A DNA stretch of 64,000 nt, from positions 113,896,001 to 113,960,000 of the forward strand of contig NC_045696.1 in the NCBI RefSeq assembly GCF_009834535.1. Reading direction: 5' to 3'. The position numbers and the translations under genes were made by a program. Every line of letters begins with the position of its first letter. The stretch's first letter is position 1. This document shows positions 35,400 to 48,851 of this stretch, one piece after another. Below the pieces are notes generated by a model. The model worked only from the letters and a program-made list of their open reading frames with translations, had not been told where the DNA came from and did not search any database. Source of the stretch: Camelus ferus (lineage: Eukaryota).

Positions 35400-35720
35400 G
35401 TCTTAACTGAAAGCCCAAGGTGTTTAGCTTGACCATTCCCTCTCAACAATCACTGGATTCCAATTGTGAACCCCTGGCCCAGGAGTTCCAGAACCCCCGC
35501 TCAGATGCTAGCCACTGCTGAGACGCAGGCAAATGACCATGGGCGGAAAGCAGGACAGAACATTAAGCTCCTCGCTCTGTCCTTCTGTTCTCTGGGCTCC
35601 TGGTCCCCTCAGTGCTCACTGACCGACTACTTCTCCAATGCCTTCAGAACAGATTCTGTTTTGCCCAGTTTTCCTAGCTGCTCTTGGCAGGAAGGCTGGG
35701 GTGCAAGCTTATTTACCATA
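35400..35720 (-). mobile_element. Old L1M/HAL1-type 5' end fragment
   Basis: TCTCCAATGCCTTCAGAACAGAT..TTTTGCCCAGTTTTCCTAGCTGCTCTTGGCAGGAAGGCTGG. Confidence 0.5.
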
Positions 35721-36208
35721 ATCAAAAGCAAACATTTCCAAAGTTCAATTTTTTTTCCTTGATGAGACTGACTCTTATCCAAACAAACCACAAAGGCCTA
35801 CTCATGGTCAACAGACTGAAGGACCTCAGAAGACCATCTAACATTTATGTGAAAACACAGAATATTTTTTACGCACAATACATTTAATACCAAGATGACA
35901 TCACTGTACAAAATAAATACTGAATCATTTTCAGGAAAACTATTTCTCCAAACTATTTTGATTACAAAGAGCACCAGGAAAGTTACTACCTTGGGCAAAG
36001 CTGTGGGTTCTGGGACTGCAGGCCCCCATACAGCACAAAGCAAGGCCCATGTAGTATGCACTCATCTTTCCAAACCAAGCAAGCTAAGGTTTTTGCCCGT
36101 GAGGCTCAGAACCCAACCTCTGCCTTCAAGGCTAGAGTATTAAGGTGTCCACGCAGCCCTCCTCGGTGTTCACCAGTCACCAAATACGGTACACTCCAGT
36201 GCTCGAGG

Positions 36209-36505
36209 TAGGGCTCAGCAAGGGCCAGATAGTAAGAAGCACAGGCTTTGTATGGTTTCTGTTGCAAGCACTCAACTCTTGCACTGAGCCAAGTAGCCAT
36301 GGACAACATATGAATGAATGTGACTGTGTTCCAACAAAATGTTAGGAATGCTAAATTCTGAATTTAATATCATTATCATTTGTCAGAAGATATTATTCTT
36401 AAGTTTTTTTCAACCATTTTCAAAAATTATAAAAACTGTTTTTAGGGTGTGGGCTGTACAAAAAGAGGCAGTGGACCAGATTTGGCTAGAGTTTGCTGAC
36501 CCCTG
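36209..36505. mobile_element. MER58B hAT-Charlie MITE
   Basis: AAGGGCCAGATAGTAA..AACTC..GTAGCCATGGACAACATATGAATGAATG..GTGTTCCAACAAAA...AGTTTGCTGACCCCTG. Confidence 0.85.
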
Positions 36506-36600
36506 CTCAAGAGCACTGTCATTCCATGAAACTAACTAAGTCCTTGACTCTAACATCCATCTGCCCCTCTTCGTGAACCTTCCCACTGCGCCTCTAGGAA

Positions 36601-36758
36601 CAGTGTTCTCTAACTTTAGCATGCCTTGGAATCATCTGAATCATCCAAGGGCTGATGAAAACGCAGGTGGGAGGGCGTCACACCCAGGGATTCTGAGTCG
36701 GTAAGTCTAGGGTAGGACATTCATCATTGTCCCTGTGCTGGGACCTTGAGGACCACTG
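36601..36758. mobile_element. MER5A MITE
   Basis: CAGTGTTCTCTAACTTTAGCATGC..GAATCATCTG..GATTCTGAGTCGGTAAGTCT..TTGAGGACCACTG. Confidence 0.8.
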
Positions 36759-36789
36759 CTCCACAAATTTCTCAATATTATCAGCAAAT

Positions 36790-37540
36790 GATAGTACATC
36801 CTCACGCTCAGCTTAGAACATTCCCTCAACTCTCTTGACTCACCTGCAATATATTTACCATCTCTCTGACATTTTGGGAGTCCTCACTGGCACTTTTTCT
36901 CCCTTATTCTTTCTAATTTCTAAAATGATTTTTCATTTAAAAAGTAATAGATGCACATGGCAAACAAAAATCAAACATTACAGTGAGATGTCATTCTCTC
37001 TCCCAAATCTTACTCCAGCTCCCCCCGCATTCTTCATAGCCAATAAAACATGAAGTCACGATTATTTTAGGTCCAAAATATATTCTGATCTACGCACTTC
37101 CATCCACCTCCCACTTCACCCCATGCTACCATCTTTTACTTTCCCACAGCCTTCTGACTGTGCTCCACACACCTACTCTGCCACTCCAAACATTTTGCAG
37201 AAAGCATGCAGAATGATCCTTGTAAGATAAAATCATTCCTTGCTTAAAACCATCCTTCTAAAGGATTTCAGCAGCCATACCAGATGTGGCCCCCATCACC
37301 CCTTCTGCCTCATCCTCACTCAGCCCTTTGGCCTGTGCTGGTCCTCATGCTCCTCTGACCAGGCTCGGCACCCCTACTCGCTGCTCCCAGCCTGAGATTC
37401 TCTCCCACCCTCCACGCCCCTCCCGCTTCAGTCAGCCAACCCGATTCCTCTTTCACTTCTCAGGCGCAAATCACGTCCTCAGGAAGGTCATCCCTGACCC
37501 TCCTAGACCAGGCTAAGATCTCCTTAATGTGTAGTTTTTT
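36790..37540 (+). mobile_element. Degraded L2 fragments
   Basis: Pyrimidine-rich L2 motifs (CCTTGCTTAAAAC, TCAGGCGCAAATCACGTCCTCAGGAAGGTCATCCCTGACC). Confidence 0.6.
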
Positions 37541-37574
37541 TCTAACCATTGGTCTCCACATTAAAATCATAAAA

Positions 37575-37830
37575 ACTGCTAATATTTATTAGATTAGGCA
37601 CTGTTCTAAGCCCTTCATATGTTTGTTTATTTAATCGTCACAAATCCCCACGAGGTAGAAGCAATTAGAATTCCCCTCTCTTCTCTTTCTCCCCCCAGTC
37701 TCCTTTATTAACTACAGGAGGGAACTGAGGTATAAAGGGGTTAAACGGTTCTCCCAAGTTCAAGTAGCTAGTGAGTGGAAGAGCCAGGATGCCAATTCAA
37801 GTCATGTCTCCAGACCATCAGTACTGCCTC
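37575..37830 (-). mobile_element. MIR SINE
   Basis: GCTAATATTTATT..AGGCACTGTTCTAAG..GGAACTGAGG..CTAGTGAGTGGAAGAGCCAGGAT. Confidence 0.8.
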
Positions 37831-40184
37831 TTGAATAGCAGAGAACTTGACTAGATTTTAATTTTCATGGGGCCAGGCACCATGCACACAGAGTTCACAC
37901 CAAGCCTGGCACATATTACTCAATTCACTGAATGAACTGATTGATTATATTTTTAGCAGAATAGCATATATTATTCATAAGTCCACAGTAAGGCTTATTT
38001 CAAAAAAGGGCTTTCCACCCTTCCACTGGTCTTAGTATAAGCCACTGCAGACCCTATTTTTAACTATGTGTTAAAAAACCATTTCACCTACTTACATGCA
38101 AACATAAGCCAGCATAAACAGAACATGAAGATATCAACATAATCTAGTTGTTAAATTTCTGTGACAATTATCTTTAGAGAGGAATAAGAATTCTTGCGGA
38201 GTATCTTTACATTCAAAGGTACACAGGAGAGCAGTGATGGACAGGTAAAAATAATGTCTTAAATCACAACTTCATTCCATTTAGTATTGTTTCATTATTA
38301 AGTTGTGATACACATACAATTCAAATTCCCCCTCACTGAACTTACACCAACCAAACTCAGGAAATTAAATAAGCTTTTTAAGATGCAATTGTCTTCCTTT
38401 GCTATTCAAGCTTTCATTTCTACTCACTATCCAAAACATAGGGAATAAAAATATTTAAATAATGAGGTATCCTTCACTATACAAACTCAGGAACCAAGCA
38501 GAATTGGATGGCAAAGAATATTTGAATGCAATTTATTTTCAGATTTTAAATAAAGGAGGGCACGGTATTTGGTTTGGCTGTTCGTCGAAGAGAGGACTAG
38601 GTTGAGAAAAAAAGAGAAAAGGCTGTGAAACATTTAACTAGATTTTAAGTCTCCTGGGGACAGTGATTATATTTCTGAATCTTTTCATCAACCCTGTACA
38701 TAGCACACATCAGATGTCCAATCAGCATTCTGTTGAGTGTTTAATGTGTTAATACACAGGCAATACAGTGTCTTTATTCCTGAACTATGGTTTACGTGTA
38801 CACTGTAAATTTATTTCAAACTTACTATCATGATGAAAATAGTATTTAAAAATACATAGCTTTTAACTAATAGTTAATAAAATTGGCAACTCAGGTTGAT
38901 TTCTGGGAACTACCTTTTCGTTAACTTACAGTTAGGTAGCTAAAAACCCTGCCTACGCGGGGTTGGGGAGGGGGGAAGAACCCTACCTGTGGAATGTGTT
39001 AGCAGTATTATTGTGGGTAAGCAGCCAACCATGCTAACACTTTAGACTGCTCATATGCAGAATGGGGATAATATATCTACCACATAGTTATTGTAAGGAT
39101 TAAACGCTCCCGATGTACATAAAGCAAATCCATAAATAAATAAAGCATTTCATAAATAAACAAACAATAAATAAACATCCAATAAATATTAGCTGCTATA
39201 TTACTATTGTTATATATACAAATATAAACTTGTATATTTACATTACTTACTAATTTACTAAAATGTGATGGTGAGTATTGTGATTTAGATATAGACAAAT
39301 ATCAATGCCAAAAGCAAAGATATAATGATGTTTTTGTCAATACATAACAAATAGAAAACCACAATATCAGTAAATCTGTAGGCGGTTCAAAGTAGAAAAC
39401 ATCTACAAAACTCAACCAGAAAGTGCTTTTTAAAAGATATATTTTAAGACAAATAATCTTGTCAGGAGCCTGCTAAATCCTATAGTCCAAAAAAGAAAAA
39501 AACCCAACAAACTATTATGTCAGCCAAAGAAAAATATATCCATGTGAATACAATCTCCATATTCTTAGGAAATATTATCCTGTACAAAATAAGTAACAGT
39601 GCATCATTTTCATAAGAACAATTTCTCCAAAAGTGAATACAAAGAGCACCTGGAGACTATTCCCAAAAGAACTATTTTACGGAACCCTCCAGAGTATCAG
39701 GAACTGACGACAGTGGGTAATACCAAAACAAAAACTGAGAAGTTAGAGAAAAGTAACTTAGATGGTTTTGCAAGTTGCACAGAAGGAAATTTCTATGCTT
39801 AGAATTGTTATGAAATAAGTTTGTTTTAGAAAAAGAGTTTAATGGGTCAACTGAAAAATGCAAATGTAATGGTGCAAACACTTCGCTAACTGGGGAATTC
39901 AGAGCCCCGTGACCCAGCATCACTAAGCTGGCACCCTGGACACGGAGTGTGGAGACTCCAGCCTGCCGGCCCAGGTGCGCCGAGGCTTATGTTCTGTGAT
40001 GGGGCAGCTCCTGCTGGCTCAGCGCTCAGCCCGCACAGAGAGGGTCTTCAGTGCTGTCAGTCTGCACAGCCCAGCCACTTGACTGCTTTCTTCTGGTGGA
40101 CTAGGTTTGGCATCTTACCAATGGTATTCTTAGCACTCTATTTTACCTTCCTTCCTCCCAGCCTTGGTTTTTGCATTGAGAGTG

Positions 40185-40465
40185 ATTACATTTTTATTGC
40201 GGTAAAATATATGTAACAAAAATTTACCACTTTAACCATTTTAAGTGTACAATTCATTAAGCATATTCACAACATTGTACAACCATCAACCATCCATTTC
40301 CAAACCTTTTTAATCATCCCAAACAGAAAATTTGTACCCATTAAACAGTAACCCTGCATCTGCTCCTCTCCCGGTCCCTAGTAACCTCTATTAGACTGTC
40401 TCTATGAATTTGTCTATTCTAGGTACCTCATATAAGTGGAATCATACAATAGCTGTCCTTTTATT
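40185..40465 (-). mobile_element. L1MB-type 3' end
   Basis: TTTATTGCGGTAAAATATATGTAACAAAAATTTACCACTTTAACCATTTTAAGTGTACAATTCA...CCTCATATAAGTGGAATCATACAAT. Confidence 0.9.
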
Positions 40466-41149
40466 TACTCCTCAGACTGTTTACAGTTCTACTTACTCCT
40501 AAGTGAGCACTGACAACTCATACTGATTTTACCTGATTTTATCATCTGATACAAAACACATATGACTAGATTATTAATTACTCCAGCCATAACACCTATT
40601 CACCCACAGCCAAAAGCCTAGCAGTCTTCAATAAACAGTTATGCCAGATACAGTATTTGGCATGATTTAAGACAGGATCACTTCTGATGCATGACACACC
40701 CTCCATGATGGTGCTGATAAACTTCTCCACTTCGCCTGCCCGTGCCTTCCTACGGCTCTGTCCAGCCCAGTGCAACTCCACGTAAAGCAGCATGCAGGAC
40801 GCCCAGATGCCTAACATCTGAAGTAGTGAAACACTTCCACATACCCAATGCCATCCGATCACAATTGGAAATAGGTGAACTTTGTACTTTCTGTCCTGTT
40901 ATGCAACTTTCTCTCATCTCAAGGTGATCCCAAGATACCTAGCTCACTGAGTCCTCAAAAGCATTCAGTGCCTAAGCAAGTCACCCCCATTCAATGACCT
41001 CTGGCTTCAGAACTACTTCTTTATGCTAATAGACTTTTAATTCTAGCTAGCTGACTCTGGCATGGCAATTGAAACTAGCATTCTAATTAAAATGATTCCC
41101 ATAAGACTGAAAAATTGAGAACTAGTGTATTATTTAAAGAACTGTAGAG

Positions 41150-41530
41150 AAAATCAGGGTGCCAACAGATAGCAAATAAAACAAAATGCTTCAGTTTTCA
41201 AAAGAATGGGTTTTGCCTATCCTTTTGAAAAAGGAGCAATGATTACTAGAATTCAGATATACTTTTAAAGTCACACTAAAAGATCCCACTTTTCTTTTTT
41301 TAATAGGGTTACCGGGCTGAAGGAATTCTAAGAATGTGGTATACCAAGATTTGCAAGACATTTGCTAAGCTGTCACATGACATACAAGATAGAGAAATAT
41401 GTGGATTCCTAGTTAACTGAAACCCAAACAGTACTAATCAATGGTTTGAGATCAACTTGCAACTTGTAAGACACGGCATGCCTTAAATCTTATCCAGAAA
41501 CCTTTAACATTTATCAGGTAATTTTCATGA
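41150..41530 (+). mobile_element. L3/CR1 reverse transcriptase region fragment
   Basis: GATTTGCAAGACATTTGCTAAGCTGTCACATGAC resembles the CR1 LDFSKAFDKVSHD region. Confidence 0.55.
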
Positions 41531-41719
41531 AAGAACAAAAATGATACGTTTACACATGTTACAAAGCTAGAAAGGGCAGCTAATATCAGAATGCATCTTT
41601 TTAAAAAATTTGTAAAGAAGTGAAAAATACAATAAAACATAACGAATTCTTTCAGTGTTTATCAAGGTCTTAACTTACTGTATGTCAGATCCTGTGCCCG
41701 GAACATGGTTTATAAGAAC

Positions 41720-42000
41720 TGTAAAAATCTGGCAGATGCGGCTCACAGACTGGCTTACTGTCTAATCAGTGGGAGTTGTTTTTTTTTTTTTAATTGCATG
41801 TTTTGCCAAAAGTTGAAAACCAGAAGACTTTTTTTTTTTTTTACAAAGATGTACATATTTAACTTCTCTTAAAAAAAAAAAAAAAAAACTAACTGGAAAA
41901 ACTATACCCAGGTTCCTACTTAGCAACAACAGGTTGAGTTACAGAGTGGCTCTATCTACCACGATCCTACGATCACACTACCTGCTTGCCTTCACTAAGG
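41720..42000. mobile_element. MER102-like hAT-Charlie element
   Basis: AACTTCTCTTAAAA..CTGGAAAAACT..GGTTCCTACTTAGCAACAACAGGTTGAGTTACAGAGTGGCT. Confidence 0.55.
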
Positions 42001-42639
42001 AACTGATCCCTCAGGAATTATCCCGTAAAATATAACTAAGTACTGTCTTGCCAGAGACTTGTGTCAATGTTAACAGAATCAACTGAAGAACAGAAATGCT
42101 TAGTAAAAGACACAAAAGGATCTGAAGAGAAAATCCCCAGGTATGGTAGACCCATGGGGCTGCTGGTATCAGACAGAGGCTTGCAAAGGTGTTGATGCAC
42201 CTCCAGACTGCAGAGGGTGGAGAGGCGGAACCGGAGACTTATCCTTAAAAGCTGAGAACCTCCAAGAACTGCTCTTAAGAGAACACCAAAGACTTCACCC
42301 ACTGGCACGGGATCTAAAGAAAAGGGATCACTTTTGAGACATGAAATCACTGGATCCATACACATACACAGGTATGGAACTTGAAAAAGTGATTTTTCTT
42401 CTCTATAATGCTATCCACATTTATTGGCTGATATTCTTCAGACTTCCCTCATCAATCTGAAAAAAGCAGGGTGAAAACTTAAAGTTTTCCCTTTTTATAC
42501 CAATTTTCAAAATAAGGAATTGGTAAACAGTAATCTCCAAAGTTGGAAAATAAATTTTGGTCAGCTCTGTCTCAGTATTACAAGGGACTCACGGATTCTT
42601 TTGCTTGTTTGTTTCCCAAATGTTACGGCAAATTACACT

Positions 42640-43260
42640 GAACTGTCTCTTTTAATCCTGTTGTCACTGTTCCTTGTAATTGCAAAGTAGTCCACATTTC
42701 GACAGTGGGACTCCTGTGCCTGCTCAGCATACTATCACACAGGTCTCTGAGGGCTTCATTGCTTTTTGGCACAAGATTATCCCAGGCTCATTCCCAATCC
42801 CCAACCCCCTCCCCACCGCCATGTCTGGAATAATCTGTTTCTCCAAGGAATTTTGGTTTCTTTTAGCGGGGAATGGTAACTAGCAAGATCTGGGCACTAC
42901 GTATACCTACTGCTCCTGGGGTGCCATTGCTTCTGGCCACGTACGGCAGACAGAAAGGAAATACATTTCTGAAATATCATGAGTTCTTACTGATAGTACT
43001 GATTCAGATTTGACATTACAAGGTTTTTTCCTTAATTTCATTTTATATTTGTAATTTTCTGTTACACTCAAAATCTTGGGTTCTAATCACATGATTATGT
43101 TTTATACATAAACATCTAAAATTTTAAAGTCACAATACTAATATTATCAGTAACAATGAAACTACCGAAGAAAGTTCAAGACTTCTGTGTAGGTTTATGT
43201 CCTTAAAATATAACTAAGGATTTCCCACCTTTTTCATATACCAAATTTCTGTATGTTTGT
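42640..43260 (-). mobile_element. L1MC4/5-type fragment
   Basis: TTGCTTTTTGGCACAAGATTATCCCAGGCTCAT..TTTCTCCAAGGAATTTTGGTTTCTTTTAGCGGGGAATGG..AGATCTGGGCACTA. Confidence 0.75.
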
Positions 43261-45562
43261 GGTGTATTCTAAGATTTTTATATTGTTTTATTCTGATCCA
43301 TTCTTCTGTCTGTCTAGGAAAAGCTGAATTTAATAGATATGTGATAAGTCAAATGAATCTCGAACTAACCGAACGTGGAGAACAGTCGACATACTTTTGG
43401 ATAGAAAGGCCTCTAAGGGTTTCTTTTCTTTCTTTCAGTTGTTCATTCAATCACTTTCCAGTTCATTCTCTGGCAAAGGAATATGCCTATAAACTTTGAG
43501 TTTTGGTCTAAAATTGCAAAAGGAAAAAAAAAAAACTCAACATTTTGAGAAGACTTGAAACTGAAAAGCATGAATTAGCCATCTAAATCAATTATAAGCA
43601 GTACTTCAGTTATTTTTATACCAAAATTTCACTTATGTAAATTTGTGTATTGTTTTCAATTGTTTTAAGAAAGTTAAAAAAAATTTGCTTGTTTGTTTAA
43701 GATAAGAACTACTTAGGTTTCCCAAAGGAGCAAAATTTGCTTTTGTTTACCCTGGAGTACAGTTTAAAACACAAAGAGCTTTCAAAGAACACCTGCATAA
43801 ACAGACGGCTGAGATCCATTCAACAGGTATCTCCTGAATAACTTCCCTGAAAGAAGGGATTTATTTTGAGACTTTATAAAGATAGCTTTGTTGAGTGTCA
43901 CTAAATGGAATAAAGAAACTAATACAACGCCTACACAAGGGAATGTGACACATTCTATAAAACACTGTCTAAGTTTCATAATGGGTCAGTTTAATATGGG
44001 GCAATAAAACAATACATACAGACACCAAAACCAATTATGAAAATAATTTACCACTTCTGATCTTTTGCCTTCTAGTGTGTTTTCACTTTCTTTCCAAAAT
44101 ACTAGCTTGGTATTTAAATAAATGAACAGGAGCGGATCATGTCAAAGAGTTACATTTTCTAATTTATAAAATAATATGAAATATTTTATTAATGTCAGAG
44201 TATTAACATGTTGCTTTTCAATAAATGAAGAAATAGTACATGTATTTAAAGGTATTATTAAGAGCTTTACAATTCCTCATTCATTTTAACAGTAGCTTAC
44301 ATTTCAGTAAAAGTACATTTGTAAATAGACACCATCATATTGCCATAAGGTTTTCTAGTGAGATCTCTTTTCTCCTTTAATGTCCTATAATGAACAGGAC
44401 TCTCTGAATACGACCAGAGATGTACAAGAATAGTGTTAATTAGCATATAGAATGTCCCCCCCAAAACAACATGTTAAAACAGGCCAGCAGTGAGAATTCC
44501 ACCTGTGGAATATGCTACATAGTTTACTGTCAACAATAAAAAATTATTACCATGTAATTACAGAAGCAGGCAAATATTGAGAAATACTGCCTGAACGGTG
44601 TAAGCAGTCCTTATTTACTCATAGTCTTACAGTATTTACTCCACAAACGACTGGGAATCAAGACTGCAAAGAGTGGCAGTGAAGAGCAGGCTTGTACGGC
44701 CTTAATTTCTTTGAAAATGTCTGGTAACTTTCCTTAGGTAGCTGGAGATTACCAGGTGGTTTGGAATAAGCATGTATAAGGTCACATCCAATTCATCTGA
44801 AGCTCAGTTTCAGTTTTTCAGGAAATTATTCTTTGTCCTCTTTATTAACTATTCTTCCCAGTAGCAATCATTGTAAAGGAAATATATGCGAGTTTTTGTC
44901 CAAATGTCTGTTTTGTGTTATTTATTATTTATATCTTGTTAACTTCTGAAAAGGAAATGCATACACCACTATCATTACAATAAAGATAAACCATTGGAAA
45001 ACGCATTAAAAATCACATGGCCATTACAATCTAAAAACTGCATGTAACAAGAGCATGTAGAGGATTACAAGTGAACAGAACCTTTGTCACAAAAGGAGGA
45101 ACAACAGTGACAGAAAACTGGGCTCAGTTAGAAAACAGTCACACTTGGACACAGAACTTAGCTTTGAGCTTCCCGGCAGCCAGTGCTGTCTGCAGATACG
45201 GGAGTTTCTGTCTAGGAATTTTATCAGGTGATGTTTTCAACTGCAGAAAGGGGTAGCATTTACGTACCCAATAAATCATTTCTAGGTGCCAACCAAATGT
45301 TTTTCTCTAAAGCTTGAAATCACTCTGATAATTTTAGAGAAAACCAACACGTTATAAAAGACTCCTTTGGCACGTTTAAATAGTGATGACAGGTGTGTGT
45401 GCTGTTAGCTTCGGAAAATACAGCTCTGCGCTTCCTTATACTGAGGCGTTTGCTGACAAAAGCATTTACTGAGGCAGAGATTCGTGGAAAAAACCAGGAA
45501 AAGTGCGATGCTGGTGACTGAATCCTGCTCTTCCCCGCCCCCGTCTGCAGCCCCACCCTTAC

Positions 45563-45616
45563 CTCCTTGTCGGTGCTGTTCTGGAATACTGAACGCATCA
45601 CAGTTTCAGCCTTAAT
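45563..45616 (-). other. Candidate 54-nt exon (open in phase 0: IKAETVMRSVFQNSTDKE; protein not recognised)
   Basis: gttactacttcag|A acceptor, GAG|gtaagg donor. Confidence 0.25.
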
Positions 45617-46214
45617 CTGAAGTAGTAACAGCCCTGGAAGGCTCTCTGAGATTAGTGGTTTTCACACTGGTCCAGGGGCTCTTGGAGGGATACCAAGTGC
45701 AGAGGGTCCTGAGCTTCCAGAGCTTTGAAGAAAAAGTTCTTTTTCAGTTTAAATACTTTTAAACGCCCACACCTAAATCCTCTCTTAGTTAACAATGCTC
45801 ATCAAATATGGTACTTATCTCTGCCCCTCTGGAAGGCTAAAGTCCAGAGGGAATAAGTTCTTGACATGTGAGTGACCAGTCGTGCATACGTTCTTTCCTT
45901 GGAGAACTGTGAGAGCTATTAGGGCTAAAAAGAGATTTTGATGTTCCAGATCTGCGCTGGGGAGGAAGAACCTAAGGATAGGTTGCCTGGCACAAAATCA
46001 CAGCACCTGCCGACCTGACTGTTTTTTCACTTGTGAGAGACAAAATTAAGAAGACCTTCTATAAAGGTCCCCTAGCATTCATTTCTTCTGATGAGAGCAG
46101 TCAGTGGTGAAGGGCAGTATTAAAATTACCTAAAAGTATTCATAACCCTGTGTATTACTGTTGTCAACAACAGTAGTTAAGTAACGGTGGGAGCAGTAGC
46201 ATCTGGTAAGTAGA

Positions 46215-46410
46215 GAGTTTACAGTTTACTCTGTGTGTGCATACACATATGTCACTGAGTACTCATAACTCTGAGAAATACAGATAGATCTGTCATCACC
46301 TCGTTTAACAGATGAATAAATCAAGGCTTTCAGAGGTTAAGTAACTTGCCTATGATAACATATATATTGGAACCTGAGACTCAAGTTCTGATCAGATACC
46401 TTCAAATCTC
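46215..46410 (-). mobile_element. MIR SINE
   Basis: TTTAACAGATGAATAAATCAAGGCTTTCAGAGGTTAAGTAACTTGCC. Confidence 0.8.
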
Positions 46411-48851
46411 ATATTCTATTAATGACATCATTTGTTCAATTTAAAGTTCCAGTTGCTGGTGCATTTTGCCCACTCAGAGCAACATTAACTTGCTTTTTCA
46501 TATTATTTGGAAAAGAAACAGGTCCTACCCATACCCAAGGCTTAAATTAAACTGTGCACTATCAATAGTAACAAGCCATTTTAGTAATAAAATGGTATGT
46601 GATTTTTCTTTTAAAAATAGGTTTTAAAAGTTCTTTTATCTTCTTTATTCTAGTAAAAGTTACTTTTTATAGTGATTATTTTGTTTTTGGTTTTTGAGGT
46701 TATGAGAAAGGCTTTTGAGAAATCTCTATCCTATTATGTATTCTGAGCCCTCAAGACCCCTTTCTCCATCACAAATGATGCGGGCACAGCCACTGGCAAG
46801 TGAATACCTACACTGGAGTATCAGCGGTACTTACTTACAGGGATATTCATCTCATCTGGTTTTAAAGACCAAAAATTTCAAAACAATATATAAATGTAGA
46901 AATTATAACTCAAGTATCTTTCAGATCATCTCGAATGAATTTTGAACAGGGATACACTTTAAACAAGAATGCAAATGAGAAATTAATGACAAGCATTCAA
47001 TAAGCCATATTAGCACAATTTTGTGCTAATTAATAGTATATTATACTTTTCTTTCTGCTGATTTGATAGTTTTGAAATCTCTAGGAGAAACCCTTCTAAT
47101 GTCTTTTTCTGGGCGAGAGCACTTTCAGTAACAGGCTCTGGAATGAGCCAATTAGCTGTATGATTAAGCCAGGAGACCTGCTATTGAGATTAGCTGTCTC
47201 TTCTGTTTAAAATTCAGCTAATTTGTCAGGTTTTTTGTTGGAACTTTCTATAAAGAGCTTTACATTTATGATACAATTAGGACTTCTATTGTGTGCAAAT
47301 TTGAGAGAAACAAGGCTTTGGGGCCTTAAAAATTACAGCAAATATGCACATAAATCGGTACCATTCCTAAATTAAAGAACTGGTTTTCCAGTTGTGTGGA
47401 TTATCCAGGCATCTTTCATCCTCTGCTGTGCTTTGAATCAATGGTCATTTTTTGTGGTTCTCAAATATACTTCCCTAAGGATTTGGTGAATCCTTGGAGT
47501 TGGAAGAGAGAATTATGTCAGCAATTACGAAGGGAGACTGACTCTGGCTTTCAGTGGTACAGTCTATTTTTGCCCTCCCTTTCTATTGGTTTAATAAAGA
47601 CAAAGACATTTATTTTGACCAAATCACAGAAGTGTTAGGCTTTGGGGGTGGGGGTAGATTTCTGAAGTAATATAAATGATAATACTATATCTTGGATCAG
47701 CAGACAAATACACACTACCATTTCATGTTAGCAGATGTCATATACAAATACGGTTCCATCTTCAAAAGGCTGAAATGCAGGGAGTTAAACTGAAACAAAT
47801 GTCTTTACTACTGGCCGTGTTAGAGACAGATATGCTAATGGTCATTGAAAGGGATGTGGATTAGAACATTTTTTGAAAATTCATTTCACCATGGAATCCT
47901 TTCTTTACAGAGTACCTATTAACTTTTCACAGATTAGGAAAATGCTTTTAAATCAATTTTAAAAATCAATTATGCCATGAAACCCTATTTGCTTGAAATA
48001 TAAATCACTGAGAAAAATCTCAAATTTGTAAATTTTGCATTTGAACACTATATTAAAAAACAGTTTATGCGAACCTGTAGGTCAACTAATTGACATAATG
48101 TACCTAAACATCAGGAAAAAGTTTTATATAAAGTTTACAAATGAGGTTTAAAATACAAAGCAATATTGTATGTATACATGTATTTTATACAATGCTTTGT
48201 GGAAAGCAGAGAATTTATTTATTTATTTATTTAATTTATTACATAGTCATGATTTTTTAAAAAATTTAAAACGCTTATTGATTCTTTCCTGAATGCAAGA
48301 GAAAATATAGCTCTTTCCTAACATTATGGCAGAGCATTTATTTAAAATGCATTAGTTCATTTGTCCATGACTTATTATAAATAAAATTAACCAAAACTCA
48401 CAAGACGAAAAAGACTCCCACAGTTTATAGTATTTTTGTGTATGTGTGTGTGTGTAACTGAATTAAATGTCTTAAGTGGGGGCAAAGTAGAAAAATTTTA
48501 TAAATTTAACAAATCATTTTAATTTTGAATGAATAGGAAGTAATTCTTATTTAAACCAGGTGGATTTGCTAACAACTTTATTGAAAACATTGGCTTGAAA
48601 GGCAAATTTTTTTTAAATGAAATGAAGCTTTGATTTTTTTACAACAAATTCCCACATACGCAGTAGTCACATGTATTTGAAATAAAGTTTTGTCATAAAA
48701 CACTAAAGCTAGATTTTGTTTATGAATTCTTTTCAGTATTTTATTTCTTAACACTGTTGTAATTTGATATTTCATTTCATTAACAGAAGGCAAATCAGAT
48801 AATTCTAAATTATCTAGAACAGATTATCCAGAACTAAGTTATCTAGAACAG

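Noticed and set aside
42055..42140. Plus-strand coding exon (RLVSMLTESTEEQKCLVKDTKGSEEKIP, CAG|gtatgg)
   Set aside because: Weak acceptor, no recognised protein, no partner exons
46088..46130. CTGATGAG hammerhead-like core
   Set aside because: No stem II followed by GAAA
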